Source of the DNA: Yuukianura sp. NJ FZ-2021 | Taxonomy: Eukaryota | Direction of reading: 5' to 3' | DNA length: 64,000 nt | Assembly (NCBI GenBank): GCA_046563655.1 | Contig: CM102286.1 | Coordinates: 12,834,001 to 12,898,000 of the forward strand | Shown: positions 27,001 to 40,000 of the stretch, piece after piece | Position numbering within the stretch: position 1 is the first letter of the stretch | Layout of the letters: each line of letters begins with the position of its first letter | Translations under genes and position numbers: made by a program | Notes under the pieces: model-generated | What the model saw: the letters and a program-made list of their open reading frames with translations, nothing else | What the model was told of the DNA's origin: nothing | Databases searched by the model: none

Positions 27001-30000
27001 AACAAGTAAACTGAAATGTGTAGTGAAACTAAAATGTATGTGAAATGTTACTTTGAAAAGGAGAAAGTTATTATTATGACCGCTAACAGGGTTATAATTT
27101 TGCATTATATCCTCCAATTTCTTCAAGGAGAAATAGCTTTTCGCTGAGTTCCTTTTCAATCATCAAAGAAGAATAAGAAAGAAGCCTCCAAGTCTCCCTT
27201 CCTTCAAATTGGAGGGCCATTCTTTCATTTTTCTTAACAAAAAACTTTTTCTTTATTAAACCGAGAGTCCTTCAAAAGAAAATGAAAGCTAAAATTGCAC
27301 ATTTTTACCAATTTGAAAAGCTGAAAAGCAACAAAAGAATTTTTGGCAATTGCAAAAGAAACGTACTTTCTTATACAAGTTGGCAATATTTCTTGCTTTT
27401 GTAGAATTAATAGAACTTTTCTCTTGCAAAAGAAATTAAAGTTGCAAAATAAACAACCAAACGCCTTCATAATTCAGCACAAGCAAAACAGAGAGAAAAC
27501 TGAAATTAGCTTCACTTCTTTCACATTTTTATAAAAAAAAATTTTTTTCAACTGCTGGTTTTAACTGTTACGAAAAAATTCAACTTACCTTGTATTTCAC
27601 AATTTTGCTAATGTTTGCCACAGTTTTTGAAAAGTTTAATTAAACTTTGCTAAATTTTCCTGCTGCTTTATTTCCGGAATCAATCCCACTTGAAATCGAA
27701 TAACAAAAGCGTGTGAGTTTTGAAGTTTTTTGTTTTGATGGGAGTAACTATACACTTTCCATGCTTCAATCCAATCTCATTCAAATAATAGCTGAGTAAT
27801 TTCAATAGTGTGCAAACATTAATTAACTTCGTTAGTTCCAAAGGACTGCGTCGGATGAGAGTTTCGGTTACTAAAATAGAAAGTGCGAAACACTTTCTCT
27901 TTTGAAAACTCCAAGCAACGCCTAAACTCAACTTTTTCCAAGCTACATGAGACACTCCATGGGCAAACAGCGTTTGCACGAAAAAGTAGAACGCTGGAAG
28001 CGACAGTTTTTTGCACGTTTCACACTGTTTTTCGTTTTGATCGGCTTTTTCCTCTCCTTTCAGTCTGTATATAGTACTAAACTGGGCGACGAGAAAGTAG
28101 GTGACAAGGATTTCCAGTTAATTAAACGTCAGTTTAACTCCCGGGTTTTTGTGAGGGTGTTTGACGCTACCAGGATTTGAACACTCGGCTTCACAAGAAA
28201 AATTTTATTTACGGCCTCCGGGGTGACGAAAGCTGTTGGATTTTGTGGGTTTTGAATGACTGAAGTGGAGCAGAGCGCGTAAGGATTTGAAATTTGAAGA
28301 GCTTTCTTACTGCTGCGACGTGTACGTGTCTGTAGTTCGAAGTGAACTGAAACCTCCGTCTGTTTTTATTGTGCCTACCTTCTACTGTGTGCCTTTCACC
28401 CGCCTAAAGTTAGGCCTGCCTAACCTAAACCCTCCGTATCCAGCTTCAGCTTTTTACCGTGACGCTTTCTCAGTGGCTGGAAGAAGCGCATCCGAACGCG
28501 CAGCGCCCTTCGGCCTTAATGCTCCACTTCTCAGATAAAAATCTTATAACCAAAACATAAAAAAGTACAATTTTCGCTACTTCTTCCAGCTTAGCGCTTC
28601 TCTACTCAGTTGAGACTTCTTCCTGCTCGTCTTAATTTCACCCACTGAGCATTAAAATATGAAGAGTTAATCTAAGGGCTCCCTTTCCCTAAGGCACCCC
28701 TCCACTTTCTTCCCGCAAAGAAACAAAAAAAGAAGTTGCTCATTTTCTTTCCAAATAGCTTCGTTTTCATGGAACTAAAGTGTCTAAAATAGACTTCTAG
28801 CCTAGAGCCTATAGCGTTCTACTTAACTTTGTAATAAAAGCTCTAATTTGTCTCTTCAAAAAGTGTATCGTTAGGCAATTTGTGAAGCTGAATTAGTAGC
28901 TTACTTTAGCTCCAGAGGGAAAACGAAGAACAGTTTTGCCACCATTTTAGTAAAATATGAGGCTCATCATAGTGCTTCAATTTTGCATTCCTAGTAATTA
29001 CGACCCACCATCAACTTTTGTCAATTTATGAAAAAATTAATCCCGTTTATATTATCTGACGTGCGGCGTAACTTCACTTTAAAAGCTAGCCTATAAACGG
29101 TTAACATTTTTTTGAAAGTTGGCTCTAAAAAAAGTGCGTAAGCTTGCGTTTGTCGTTACTTTAAAATGGATTAAAGTCTAAATAAAATAGTTGGAAAAAA
29201 CGAAACTGAAACGGGAAGAGAAAGCCATCCATTTTGAAAGCAAATGTTGATAATGGAATTACATTGAGATTTATAGGCAATTGGCAATTGGAAAAAGAAA
29301 ACGCGTTTCCCATTGTTTTTCTCCTTTTTTTAAACAACATAACAACATGTTTCAAAAAGTTGCCAAAAAGTTAAACCTTTGGAGCTCATTTTTCACAACA
29401 AGAGGCGCCCATTTTCAAAATCAATAAAACTAAGTGATGTCCCGTGAGAGTCAACAACTGACTAACCTAACAAATTTGCAGTACAAAAAAAAAACTTTAC
29501 AAAACGTAATGTTATGGGTTTGGCTTAAACAATAACCATGAAATAGAGCTCTTGACCTCCGTCTTCCATGTAGCAATGGCCATAACTAGTAACGACAAAA
29601 ACTTTGACAATTGTCTAAAATTTGTTGTTTTTGGAGCCGTTTGAAATAATAGTAAAAAATGAAAGTCAATTTGAAATTTAAGTTTAGCTCGGGTACAAAT
29701 CCAACCGTCTAAGATTCATTTTTAGTTTTTAGTAAGCTTAAACTTTTGTTTAGTTTACTTTCTTAGTTGGTAATTTAAATTTTGGGTGTGTTCTACTTTA
29801 ATTGTGAGGTTTGTTTTTTGCCATTTGAGAAGTAAACAAGTGATGAGGCCATATTCATAATTTTTACGTTATGAAGATTTATGACCAAAGATCAATCCCT
29901 GCCGTGCCTTTTAACTTTGTTTCTCTTCCAGCACCCAGGATCTTATCCTTGTTCAAACTTTGGAGCCTGAAGTGGCTTCCGTTGTAATTTCTGAGAAGAG

Positions 30001-31514
30001 GGTTCCATTTCCATAAATTACATTGCCAACGCCATGGCAAGTGACAATGAAAGCAGAGGGAGAAGATTTCTTAGCTGTTTCTGCCGCCAACATTTGAAAC
30101 AGTCGACAATTAAATCTGGCTCATCTAATTTTTAGTTATTTGAAACTGGATGGGACAGGAAAAGGGTGGAGATTGGATTTCAATTGTTGAGGAAGGACAC
30201 AGTTACAACAATGTTCAAAACAAGACAAAGTGTGTTCTGTTCTAAAAAAAATGTCTGGAAACGACGTCTTAAATTTCCGCTAGATTTGGTCTAAAAAATG
30301 AGATCACATTTGAGAATTTCTCTTTCTGAAAAAATCCAAGGGCTCCCCTTTTGTTTTTCTGCGATGAAAACAGAAGATAAGGGTTAAAGCAAAAGCTTTT
30401 GCAGGAAGGATTGAAAAAAACCCGGGTTTTCTAAATGAAATGACTAGGACACACTACTGTTATCGCAGACTTGTAATTTAAAATGGGCAACAATGGATGT
30501 TCGTTATGCGGTATTGATTGGAAAGCAGGGTGGAATTGACTGGATAGGGTTGAAAAGGAAATACCCGGGTAGCGAAGGAAATTCGGTTTTTTCTTGCAAA
30601 AGTTCGTGTTAGCCTTGTCTCTCTACCAGCGTTGACGGAAGAGCAACAAGAGAAATTCGGTTTGGATGATGAAGGCAGAGGACAGACAATGGAGAAAGAG
30701 AGGGAAGAATTGAATTCAAAGTTAATACAGTAGCAGCAGAACCAGGAAAAGAGAGGGAAGATTTGAATTGGATCTAGGCGGGAGGGAAATCCTGATTATT
30801 GGAGGCAGGCACAGTACAATGGTAATCTGAAGTACAAGGGAGAGAGGGAGGAGGTTGAATTGTGTTTTGGACACAAGAATTTCTGGAAGGGAGCCCTTTT
30901 GTAGCATCCCGAGACTAAATAAGTCCCATGGACTTAACGTTCTCAGGGGTTTATTGAGGGTTTGGCTTTGACTTTGCACAGAAGAAGAGGGACATTAACT
31001 TTCTCCTCATTATGACTCACTCGTCCAAGTCCAATTTAAGGATTTCCCTTCTTCAGAAGAGGCTTTTTGGCTCTCGGAGTCCGAATTGCTTTCTTCCCCC
31101 TCATCAGGGGTAGACTAATGTGGGGAGAGAGCGGGTTTTTCTAATCTTCCAATTCATTATGCCATTGTCACGGAAAGGACTTCCAGAAGGAACTAGGAAG
31201 TGGATATGACCTCATGTGGGACTTACCCTGAAGTAAACCGGGAGTGCTAGAGGTCAATTACTGGTGAAGTTTGAGATATTAAAACATCCGCTGAGGTCGT
31301 GTGGTTATAAATTTCAATTATGCACCAAAATTTACGTTTCCGGGGGAGAAAGGTGAGGTCACCTGAAATGTTAATTTAGGTATCAGATTTCATAGCCTGT
31401 TTTTATTGTTTTCTGTCACACGCGCTCAAAATGTTTTGTGACTCAGAATGGAAAATTTCCCGGCGAATTGATTCTTTTTATCAATTTATTACCTTCCTTA
31501 TATTTTAGACAAAC

Positions 31515-31761
31515 CAAGGTTCCTTGACAACCAGATTGTATTTCCTGCTACAGGCTGTCCAATAAATCAAGGTTTCCAAAAATCTTACTTCAAACAAATT
31601 TCTGCTGCACCAATTCCTATTACATATATACAAATATACAAATCATTACCATAGAAAAGCACGGAGAGGCAAATTTGGCAAGTTATTTAAGAAAATTAAA
31701 AAAGTCGAGTTATTGGACAACCTGGTGTAGAAAAAACTTTTTTGTTTGTTTACGAACCTTG
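31515..31761 (+). mobile_element. MITE, CAAGGTT family (subfamily C)
   Basis: Starts CAAGGTTCCTTGACAACCA (shared with the 19708 copy) and ends AACCTTG. Subterminal inverted repeat CAGGCTGTCCAATAA / TTATTGGACAACCTG. Reverse-complement similarity to 7242-7471. Confidence 0.8.
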
Positions 31762-34700
31762 GAAAAAACAGGTTGTTCCATATTTAGATTTTACTAATTA
31801 TTTATTTGCAAACAGTTGTTTCTAAAGAATGAATGAGTTTTGGAAATGAAAAACTATTTTGGAGAAAGTATCAAAATAAGCCCCTTAGCGTGTAAGTTTT
31901 ATTTTAAAACGCAACTACGTAGGTTTGAATAAGGTTAGCTGTTCGTAGAATCGAAATTTCGAAAATTTTGTTTCCATTTCCCTGATGGTGGCATCGACCC
32001 AACAAGCAATTAAATTCAACATTTCCTTAAATACTGCTTGGAAATGAATGGATAGTCATTTCGAATTCTGGAAAATACGAATAATTCTGTATTCTATTTT
32101 AAACTTTTCCTCCACCCACGACGTCAAAGGTCTCAAAAACAACAATTCTATTTACTATTTTGAAAATGCCCGAAATTAAGTCATAACTGATGCCAGGGCA
32201 CGTGCGGGCTTCAATTTGGAACTGTGAGTGACTGCTTTAGTTCTGAATAGTAAAAAAAGTGTTCCCCTTTGCTTGACTCACACTGCGTGGTCCTTATGAC
32301 TCACTTTGTCACTTTCACTTCAAAAGTTACAACTTTTGAAACAATTATTTACGTTTCTTCGTTAATATTCTGCCCAGCTCTGATGTTTCACCCCTTTTAG
32401 GTGGTGGTGGTGACATTAGTGGGAAAATAATTTGCGTGAACCGGAATCTTTGAGATCAAGGAAGGAGAAGAACAAAACGCCTCCAGAATTTTGGATTTTG
32501 GCGGGTTCCTACAAATTAGCTTTCCCGCGCGTAGGCTGACTCCAAATCCTTCATTTTCCGATCAGTTTAACATCAATGAAGTTGGTGGTTTGGAAATATG
32601 CAGATTCAAATAAGATTATAACTTTCTCTGGCTTTCTCTTATTGAAGACTGCTGCTCAAAGTAAGCACGGCCTCCGGCTCTCTTGCCATTAATTCACTAC
32701 TGTTCAAACAGCTCTAGACAGGCCGTTGCGTAAAGGTTTGCGAAGGGAAAGCGCGTTTTCTAAGCTTGGGAATGTTTGAATTTTGGATGAAGAAAGATGA
32801 TTGGTCGATTGCATAAACCAAGGCTTTAGCTTTAGAAGATTAGCTCGGAAGAGAAGATCTCCACTTCATTTGCTTTCACTTCCACTTAAGCCAGGAGAAA
32901 CTTCCGTTGGCTTTACCAGGAACTCTGACAGTGAAATCTAGTAAACAATGACCTGCTTTCCATATTTGTGTGCTAGATATACCTATAACTTCTGTGGCCA
33001 GTACACCTATAGCTGACAGAAGCCGTAGCACCTACAGTTACCAGTTAGTTGGTGAAAGTATCAAAATTTGTGAAGGCATCAAAACTTATTTGACCCACTG
33101 GGCGTTAAACTTTTGTTAGAACTTTTTACTATAGTTTCTGACATAGAAATGCTTTTAGAAAATATATGCAAAACACTGTTTTTGTATAAAAACCGTTTTT
33201 GCATTGATAGTTTCACTCTTAACCAAAAAGTTTCAAGGTCGACCGAGGTTAATTTTCACTATAAAATGTTTATTACTAAATAAAAAATTTCGAGAAATAG
33301 TATTAGCATGCAACAGATTAAAAATCTCAGTAAAAATTAGTTTATGATTATAGGATAGATAAGCTTGAACCGAAAACTTGGCGAGCGAGATTTGAATTTC
33401 CTTGAGATTAAGATTTTTGTAAGTTTATTTCAAACTTTTACTTTTTTGCTGTTGTTAGTTTTCAACTGTAAAATGACGACGAGAAATTGAACTGAAAGTG
33501 GATGAGACTTGACATGCGCAGGATTGGAGTCTAAAATTGGCGGGAAATGGTTTAATTTAAGTTTATTAATTAATTAGGTTCCCGAGATCAAGTGACTTAA
33601 TGAAACTGAAGGACTGAAAATTGAGGGAGAAACCCCTAAGTCTGGATAATGCAACTCGAGATCCCTTGGTTTAATTCCTAAGGGACTCCAAGTGGTGGAG
33701 GGTACTTCTAGAATCTACGAAGCACAAGGAGCATAATGAGATTAAAGAAGAGGAACAACTTCAAAATCTGCCTTTCGCCGGTGACTGGAGCGTGGCTGGA
33801 AGTACGGACAGTTAAGTTCAAGAGGAGGGAAAATTTGAATTTGTGTAGACTCAAATAACGTATGGATTCTACAGCTTAAAGTTTTAGGATTTAGGTTATG
33901 TTGTTAGATTTAGGTCGTTCTTCATTTAAGTTAGGATTTGGAAAGTAATTGTTCCAAAAGGGTCCCCTTGGTTTATATTGTTCTTTTTGATTGAGAATAA
34001 GATTTTGGGATTCCAAGGGGTCAGAGACTCCCAGATCCAATTTATCCTCCATAAATAATCATTCATTGTCACTGGAAATGACTCTTGTGACTTAAGTCCT
34101 CTAGGAGGACTTAAGTCCTCTCCATCCATTAAGGCTACTACTACACTAACATAACTTCTCAAGTTACCAGGTTAGGTTAGGGGGACTGTGGCGTACTAGA
34201 GATGACTACAAAAGATTATGACAGAGTGATAAGTCCCTGCTGGATGCCCCTGCTGGTCCCTGTGGGAAATGGACCTCTCGCTCTCTCTGGAAATATCAAA
34301 ATCTCCATCTCTGAAAACTTGGACATTTTCAAAATTTGACTTTCTCCGGCACTCGCTCTGCTAGTGTTTGAATCCCATCAAATCAAGGACTCCGCGCACC
34401 GCATCGCCACTCTACCCGCACCCATTTTTTCTTTTTTTGGTGCCTACCCTATTTGAAATGCATAGCTTTTTATAATCCTATTCTTCTCTGTGAATCCTCT
34501 TCGTTTCGTTCCATTTTCCAGGAAATGTAAAATGACGACCTCCCCTCCCCCTTCTCTTTGTCTGCAACACTTACTTTTGACTGGAATATTTTGATCTCTA
34601 CTAATAAATCTTACAATTCCCAAGCGTTTTTAATCCCGCCAGATTTAAAAATCAACGAATCTGATTCCCCCTTCTCTCCGCAGTGCTCATTTTGTCAAAG

Positions 34701-36250
34701 TCATTCAACCAAAACTATAAGCAACTCTGATTCACACAATTAAAATTATGAGCATCACTTCAACTTCAGCTCCTCTCGTACTCATATTAACAACCTAGCA
34801 TATCTCGCAATAACTTCAGTAAAAACCTCACATTACAATCATAGGATAGCATAACCTAACTTTATCTTTGGTAATAACCTAACAAAATATGACCTTACTT
34901 CATAGTATTTTCATTGATAAGGATAACCTAAGAATAATTTCGACTATAACCTAACCCAAGAAATCTGTCCGCCAATACATCGACGAAATTGAAACTTTCA
35001 CCACCGAAAGCTTTAAATTGAAATTTTTTAAGCACTTTTGTTTCAGATTTCGGAGATGTTAGGGTTTAAGCACCAAAATTTGTAATTATTTTGAACCATT
35101 GTTTGTACCGAAACTTGATAGCTTTTGACTACTTTTATGATGCATGTTGCAGGAAAAGCATAACATTTGTCTCCCATTAAATATTTAGCTGCATTCCCCC
35201 GAGATCCAAGCTCCAGGATTTTAAAGTTTGAGATTTAAATGGTTTTAATTATTCCTGGATCCTTCCTAGCCTAACAATTGGAGAGAGCAACCAAAGTGGA
35301 AAGTGAAAGTCAAGACTGCGTGAAGAGGAGCCATAAAGTTGAGCCATGGTCTACTACTAACACACTCCAACGCATCTTAGTCCCAAGAGAGAAGGAAGTA
35401 ACTATGGGGGAAGTTGAAAGTCGATATTTTATAGTCTTTGAGATGGGCCCAGAGTGATCCAATTCTGCCGACGTCAGGTTACTTATAGTCTCTTCTCTCC
35501 TATTATTACTACTATTATTATTATCATCTTCATCATCTTTTAGTTTCATTTCAACTCTTAAGAGGAGAGGTACAGAGTGAAAGTTCTCCTTCATTTCACT
35601 TTCTCCGAGGAAGAGAAGCGTCTTTTCCAGAAATTCGAAAAAAAAACTTTCTTTCTTTATTTTTTTTTCTGAGATATTTTTTTCAAGGCAGAAGAGATTG
35701 ACTTGGATGCTTTGTTGATTCTGAGGATTATGGGTTGGGGTTGGCCCAAAAGCTCATCTTGTGTCTGACATGGGCTCATCAGTGATCTTGGAGCGATCTC
35801 CTAAGTATGTCCAATTTGGACTTTTGGTTATTACTCTTCCCCTATGCTCCTGCCTTCAATATGGGCATCCGGTGTTACTAAATCATTATCCTCCGTCCTC
35901 TCCCTTATGCTTTCTCCCATAACTGTAATTTCCTACAGCCCCTAACACACAAATTGCAGGAACAGGATGGACAGAGATCCTCAAATTGGTATGTCTGACG
36001 CACGTCAAATTTATTTCGAAATTAACTTTTTGTTACTTTTTTTGTCTAATATGACAAAACAAAGAAAAATCTAGCAAAATGAAAAATAATAACAGAGAGC
36101 ACTAAATTAAATATTACTCAACACACGAAACTCACCACAAATTTCATACATAGTCTTTTGACAATTGTGAAAATTTTGGAAGTTTAAATTTGCATTTTAG
36201 ATAATATTTAAATCCAAATACTTACTTTTTAAAAATATACTAATATTATA

Positions 36251-37047
36251 CAGTGAGGTCCAGTTAAAAGAGTACACCCAAAATATAAAAAAATTGTTCA
36301 TTTTCGGAAACAAAGAAACTATGGGGGGAAAGCAGGCTACATATTTTGTTAAAACTGGCGGTCTTAGCATATCCACGTAGCTTTGACCATTTATGTCTTC
36401 TATTCTATCATCTGCGCAGTATCTGCGCAGTCACTATCTGCGCAGTATCTGGGCGCTTTCTGCGCACTTTCTGCGCAGTATCTGCGCACTTTCTGCGCAG
36501 TATCTGCGCACTTTCTGCGCAGTATCTGCGCACTTTCTGCGCACTTTCTGCGCAGTATCTGCGCACTTTCTGCGCAGTATCTGCGCACTTTCTGCGCAGT
36601 ATCTGCGCACTTTCTGCGCAGTATCTGCGCACTTTCTGCGCAGTATCTGCGCACTTTCTGCGCAGTATCTGCGCACTTTCTGCGCAGTATCTGCGCAGTA
36701 TCTGCGCAGTATCTGCGCACTTTCTGCGCACTTTCTGCGCAGTATCTGCGCACTTTCTGCGCACTTCCTGCGCAGTATCTGAACTATCTTTGAAAAATTT
36801 TCATTTCAAAAAGAAATTAGAAATCTTTGAAAATTTATAACTTGAAATGGGCCGAAAACGAACAAAAAAAAGTTTCGACAGTCGAATTCTTTTAAAAAGA
36901 AAGAAATACGAATTTTGAGAGGAAAATTTTTTTTTTTATAAATATTTTGGTCCATCGTTTTCCCCCCGCCCCCATTGTTTACCCATTTTTAAACTTGTTT
37001 TCTTGGAAACTGATTTGAGGGTGTACTGTTTTAGCTGGACCTCACTG
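36251..37047. mobile_element. 797-bp Tc1/mariner-type MITE containing an internal minisatellite
   Basis: 29-bp TIRs: CAGTGAGGTCCAGTTAAAAGAGTACACCC vs the reverse complement of the right end, CAGTGAGGTCCAGCTAAAACAGTACACCC (27/29). TA flanks both sides. A CAGTG terminus with TA duplication is typical of Tc1/mariner. Confidence 0.9.
36411..36781. repeat. 11-bp minisatellite (~33 units) of two variants, TCTGCGCAGTA and TCTGCGCACTT, mostly alternating
   Basis: Directly visible tandem array with palindromic TGCGCA core. It produces the stop-free repetitive ORFs in all six frames. Confidence 0.95.
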
Positions 37048-40000
37048 TATATTATGGATCCCGACTTAATTTTATGTTTTTGAGCATTCTCTCGACTTAA
37101 AAAAAAATATTTTTTCCAAATTCTATTTCATGTTGTTTTTGTTATTTTTGGTTTCAGAGTTTGTTGGAAATTGTACAAAGTATTATCAATTATAGTTTAT
37201 GTCGAAAATGGAATTTATTTCAATTTGAAATTTTTTTTCCAAAATTTTTCTTCAATTTTTTAAAAGAGACTGTTTTTTTTAGAAGCAAACGCACCGAGAG
37301 CACCGACCTTTAGCACAAATTGTTTTCTTTTCCCAGCCCTTCCTTTCTCTCCATCTTCATTCATTTCTCAAAGGAATGAAGAGCAGGAATGTTTTTGAAG
37401 CAGAACGGAACGGAAGAACTGCATCCTGAATTTTAAAAAAGGAACAAAAATATTATCATCTGTATCCACGTCTTTGAAGTTTTTTCTTGTTCTAGCTTCC
37501 GCTTTCTCACAAGGCGAACGCTTAAAGGAGAGAGCTGTCGAACAATTTTTTAGTGCTGGAGGGGCCTCGAAACCCCCGCTGTTCGTGGATTTGAACCTTA
37601 CGACATGCGGTTTAACTCTGAATGACATTTGATTGCACCCGCACTTTCTCCAACAAAAGAAATCCGAATTCGGGGAATATGACGTGTAGACTAACCAAGT
37701 GCATTCACCCTCCTCCTTCATCTGTATTCCGATGTAGTTAGGTTTAGGGATACCCGATCTTCGGATCCTGGAAGTCTTAAGTTAGGTTTAACCCTTTCCA
37801 TTTCCAAAGATGAAAGTTTATATACGGTTCAAGGCTTCCAAAGTTACACGCACTGCATTTAATGGGCTCACAAGTTCCGATAATGTTTCTTCTCCATGCT
37901 AGCCAAAATATGAAACGCTTATAATAATCCTTGCACGAAATTGGAAAAGTTTAGGACGGGTGGGCTGTGGGATTATTTTCACCGCAAGCGTAACTCATTG
38001 CTTCAAACCCCGATTCTTTTTTGGCGTAGTTATTTTTGTATTAAACGTGAAAGTTTTCGAAACAAGGTTACGTCAATAGGGAATTAAAAAAATTCTTAGA
38101 TTATTTTGAGCTATAAAAAAAACAAAAAAAAAATCAATTTCAATTTCAAAAGTAAATAGGAATCTGTTACTCCTATTTGCTCGATGGCGTCATTTGGAGT
38201 ATTTTTAGCTTATGCTAGCTGAAGGATGACAAATGTTGACAAATTCAAGTTCCCGCGCCAAAAAATGTCACGCTTCATTAAGCATACATAACATCGCTCA
38301 ACGCTTCAGCAAATCTCAATCGATCTGTAAATTAGTTGACATTGGGCATTCGTTATCCAAAATTATTTTAGACAAGAAACTTTTTAGAAGACTTTCTTGT
38401 TAAATATTAGATACGTTTTTTATAACCTCAAAAAATCTTTGTAGACAGATATGACGCGTACTTTCCTAATAAAACTTTTTATAAAAACTGATTCCTTCAA
38501 AATTTTGAAGTCTAGCATTTCTAATTTTGAAAAAGAGGCGGAAAGAGGAGAATCGGCTTCCAGCGTTTTCTAAACTTTTCAGAAAATAATTCTTTAATAA
38601 TTCCGCTCTTTCTCCAATCATGTTTCTCTTTCTACTTTCACCAGTAACTTCAAACCGGAAAATCCGAAACCACTTTTGGCAAAAATACTTTCACTTTTTT
38701 TCTAGTTTGATGCGAGTTTTACATAAAAAAACTTTTTTTTATGTTCGTAACACTGTAATCCACAATCTTATTGAGGTGTGTGCAATACTTTTTGGCTTCT
38801 GGATATTTTGGATTCATATCTTCCCGCACATAAAGGAAACTCTATGCAGAGTGCGTTTTTACCAAACCAATCTTCCAGGAAGTGAACAAGGAGCTTAAAA
38901 GTAGGTCATAGAGCGAAGTTTCAAATTTTGGTTCAAGAATAATGCTTCAAGACACGCTGAATTGAACTTTTAAAGCTAGAGGGTAAGTGGTTCTAGTGGA
39001 AAAATTCAAAAAAGAAGAAATTGTAATACTTGCTCATAGATTCTGTTTAGAATTTAAAACACAGAAGGTGAAAGTGTGCACACGTTCATAATGTTTGAAA
39101 AACATTCAAGGACTCTTGGGTTCACTGAATCACTGAATATGGTTTAGTCCTTGAGCAAGGTTTTTTTCACCTCTTTTCAAGAAAGAAAAGCGGGAAAGTA
39201 AAAACCTGGTTTTTGAAACTGTGCTGAATGTTCAAAGTCGACGGTGATATTGGATCTGGCTTTTTTGAATTTGCCGGGCCTTTTGCTGTGCGGGACAGGA
39301 GAAAGCAAGTGAAAGTTATTAGAGTCACAGGTGAAGTAATGCGTGAAAGTCTGTATCACATCACACCAAGAAACTATCCAATATATCTGTCTCTCACGCT
39401 CCGCCTGTCCCTTAAGGGAATTCATTCCAATCCAACCTCTTTCAAACAAGAAGTTTTCGAAAGCAAAAACCTGATTTCTAAAACAAATCTTTTTCCACCT
39501 TCACGCTTTTTCAAAAAACAAAAATTGCAAAGAGGATTCTAACAAAAAAGAGAAAATTTCACGCAGAATTTTTCTTTCTGTTAAAAACATTCTCACTTTC
39601 TTCGCTTTCACTGCCTTAAGGCGCCAAATTTGATTTTATTCATGATAGGTTTCTTTCAATCTGTTCGTTTCATAAATCACTTTGAGTTTTGTTTCTGTTT
39701 GTGATGTTTACTGATTTGGAAATAATTCAAACATGTGCTTAACCTGCTTTTCTGTGTCAAAAAAACATGAGGTCTTTTGTTACACTTGTCAGAGCACTTT
39801 GACAACTTCCACGTTCCAAGGAAATCAGTGACTGACAACTTTTCTTAAACAGTGTGCTTTAAAAATAAAAAAAACAGGATTTCCTTTCGGAAAATTTTTG
39901 AAAAAACGCAGCAGTTTGGAACAACCTCTGTTTGAATTGAACTCCGCGACGGTTTTTCCGGAAAAGTTTTGGTGTAAGACATGCGGGATGTCCACGTTTT

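Noticed and set aside
30695..30865. Three loose copies of AGAGAGGGAAGA.TTGAATT
   Set aside because: Short, purine-rich and low-complexity, with no defined element boundaries.
36346..36840. Six overlapping ORFs (80-164 aa) with repetitive CAVSAHFLRS-type peptides
   Set aside because: Artefact of a stop-free 11-bp minisatellite inside a MITE.
37368..37721. 117-aa ATG-initiated minus-strand ORF
   Set aside because: No recognisable motif or supporting exon structure. It cannot be fully excluded without BLASTX or RNA-seq.
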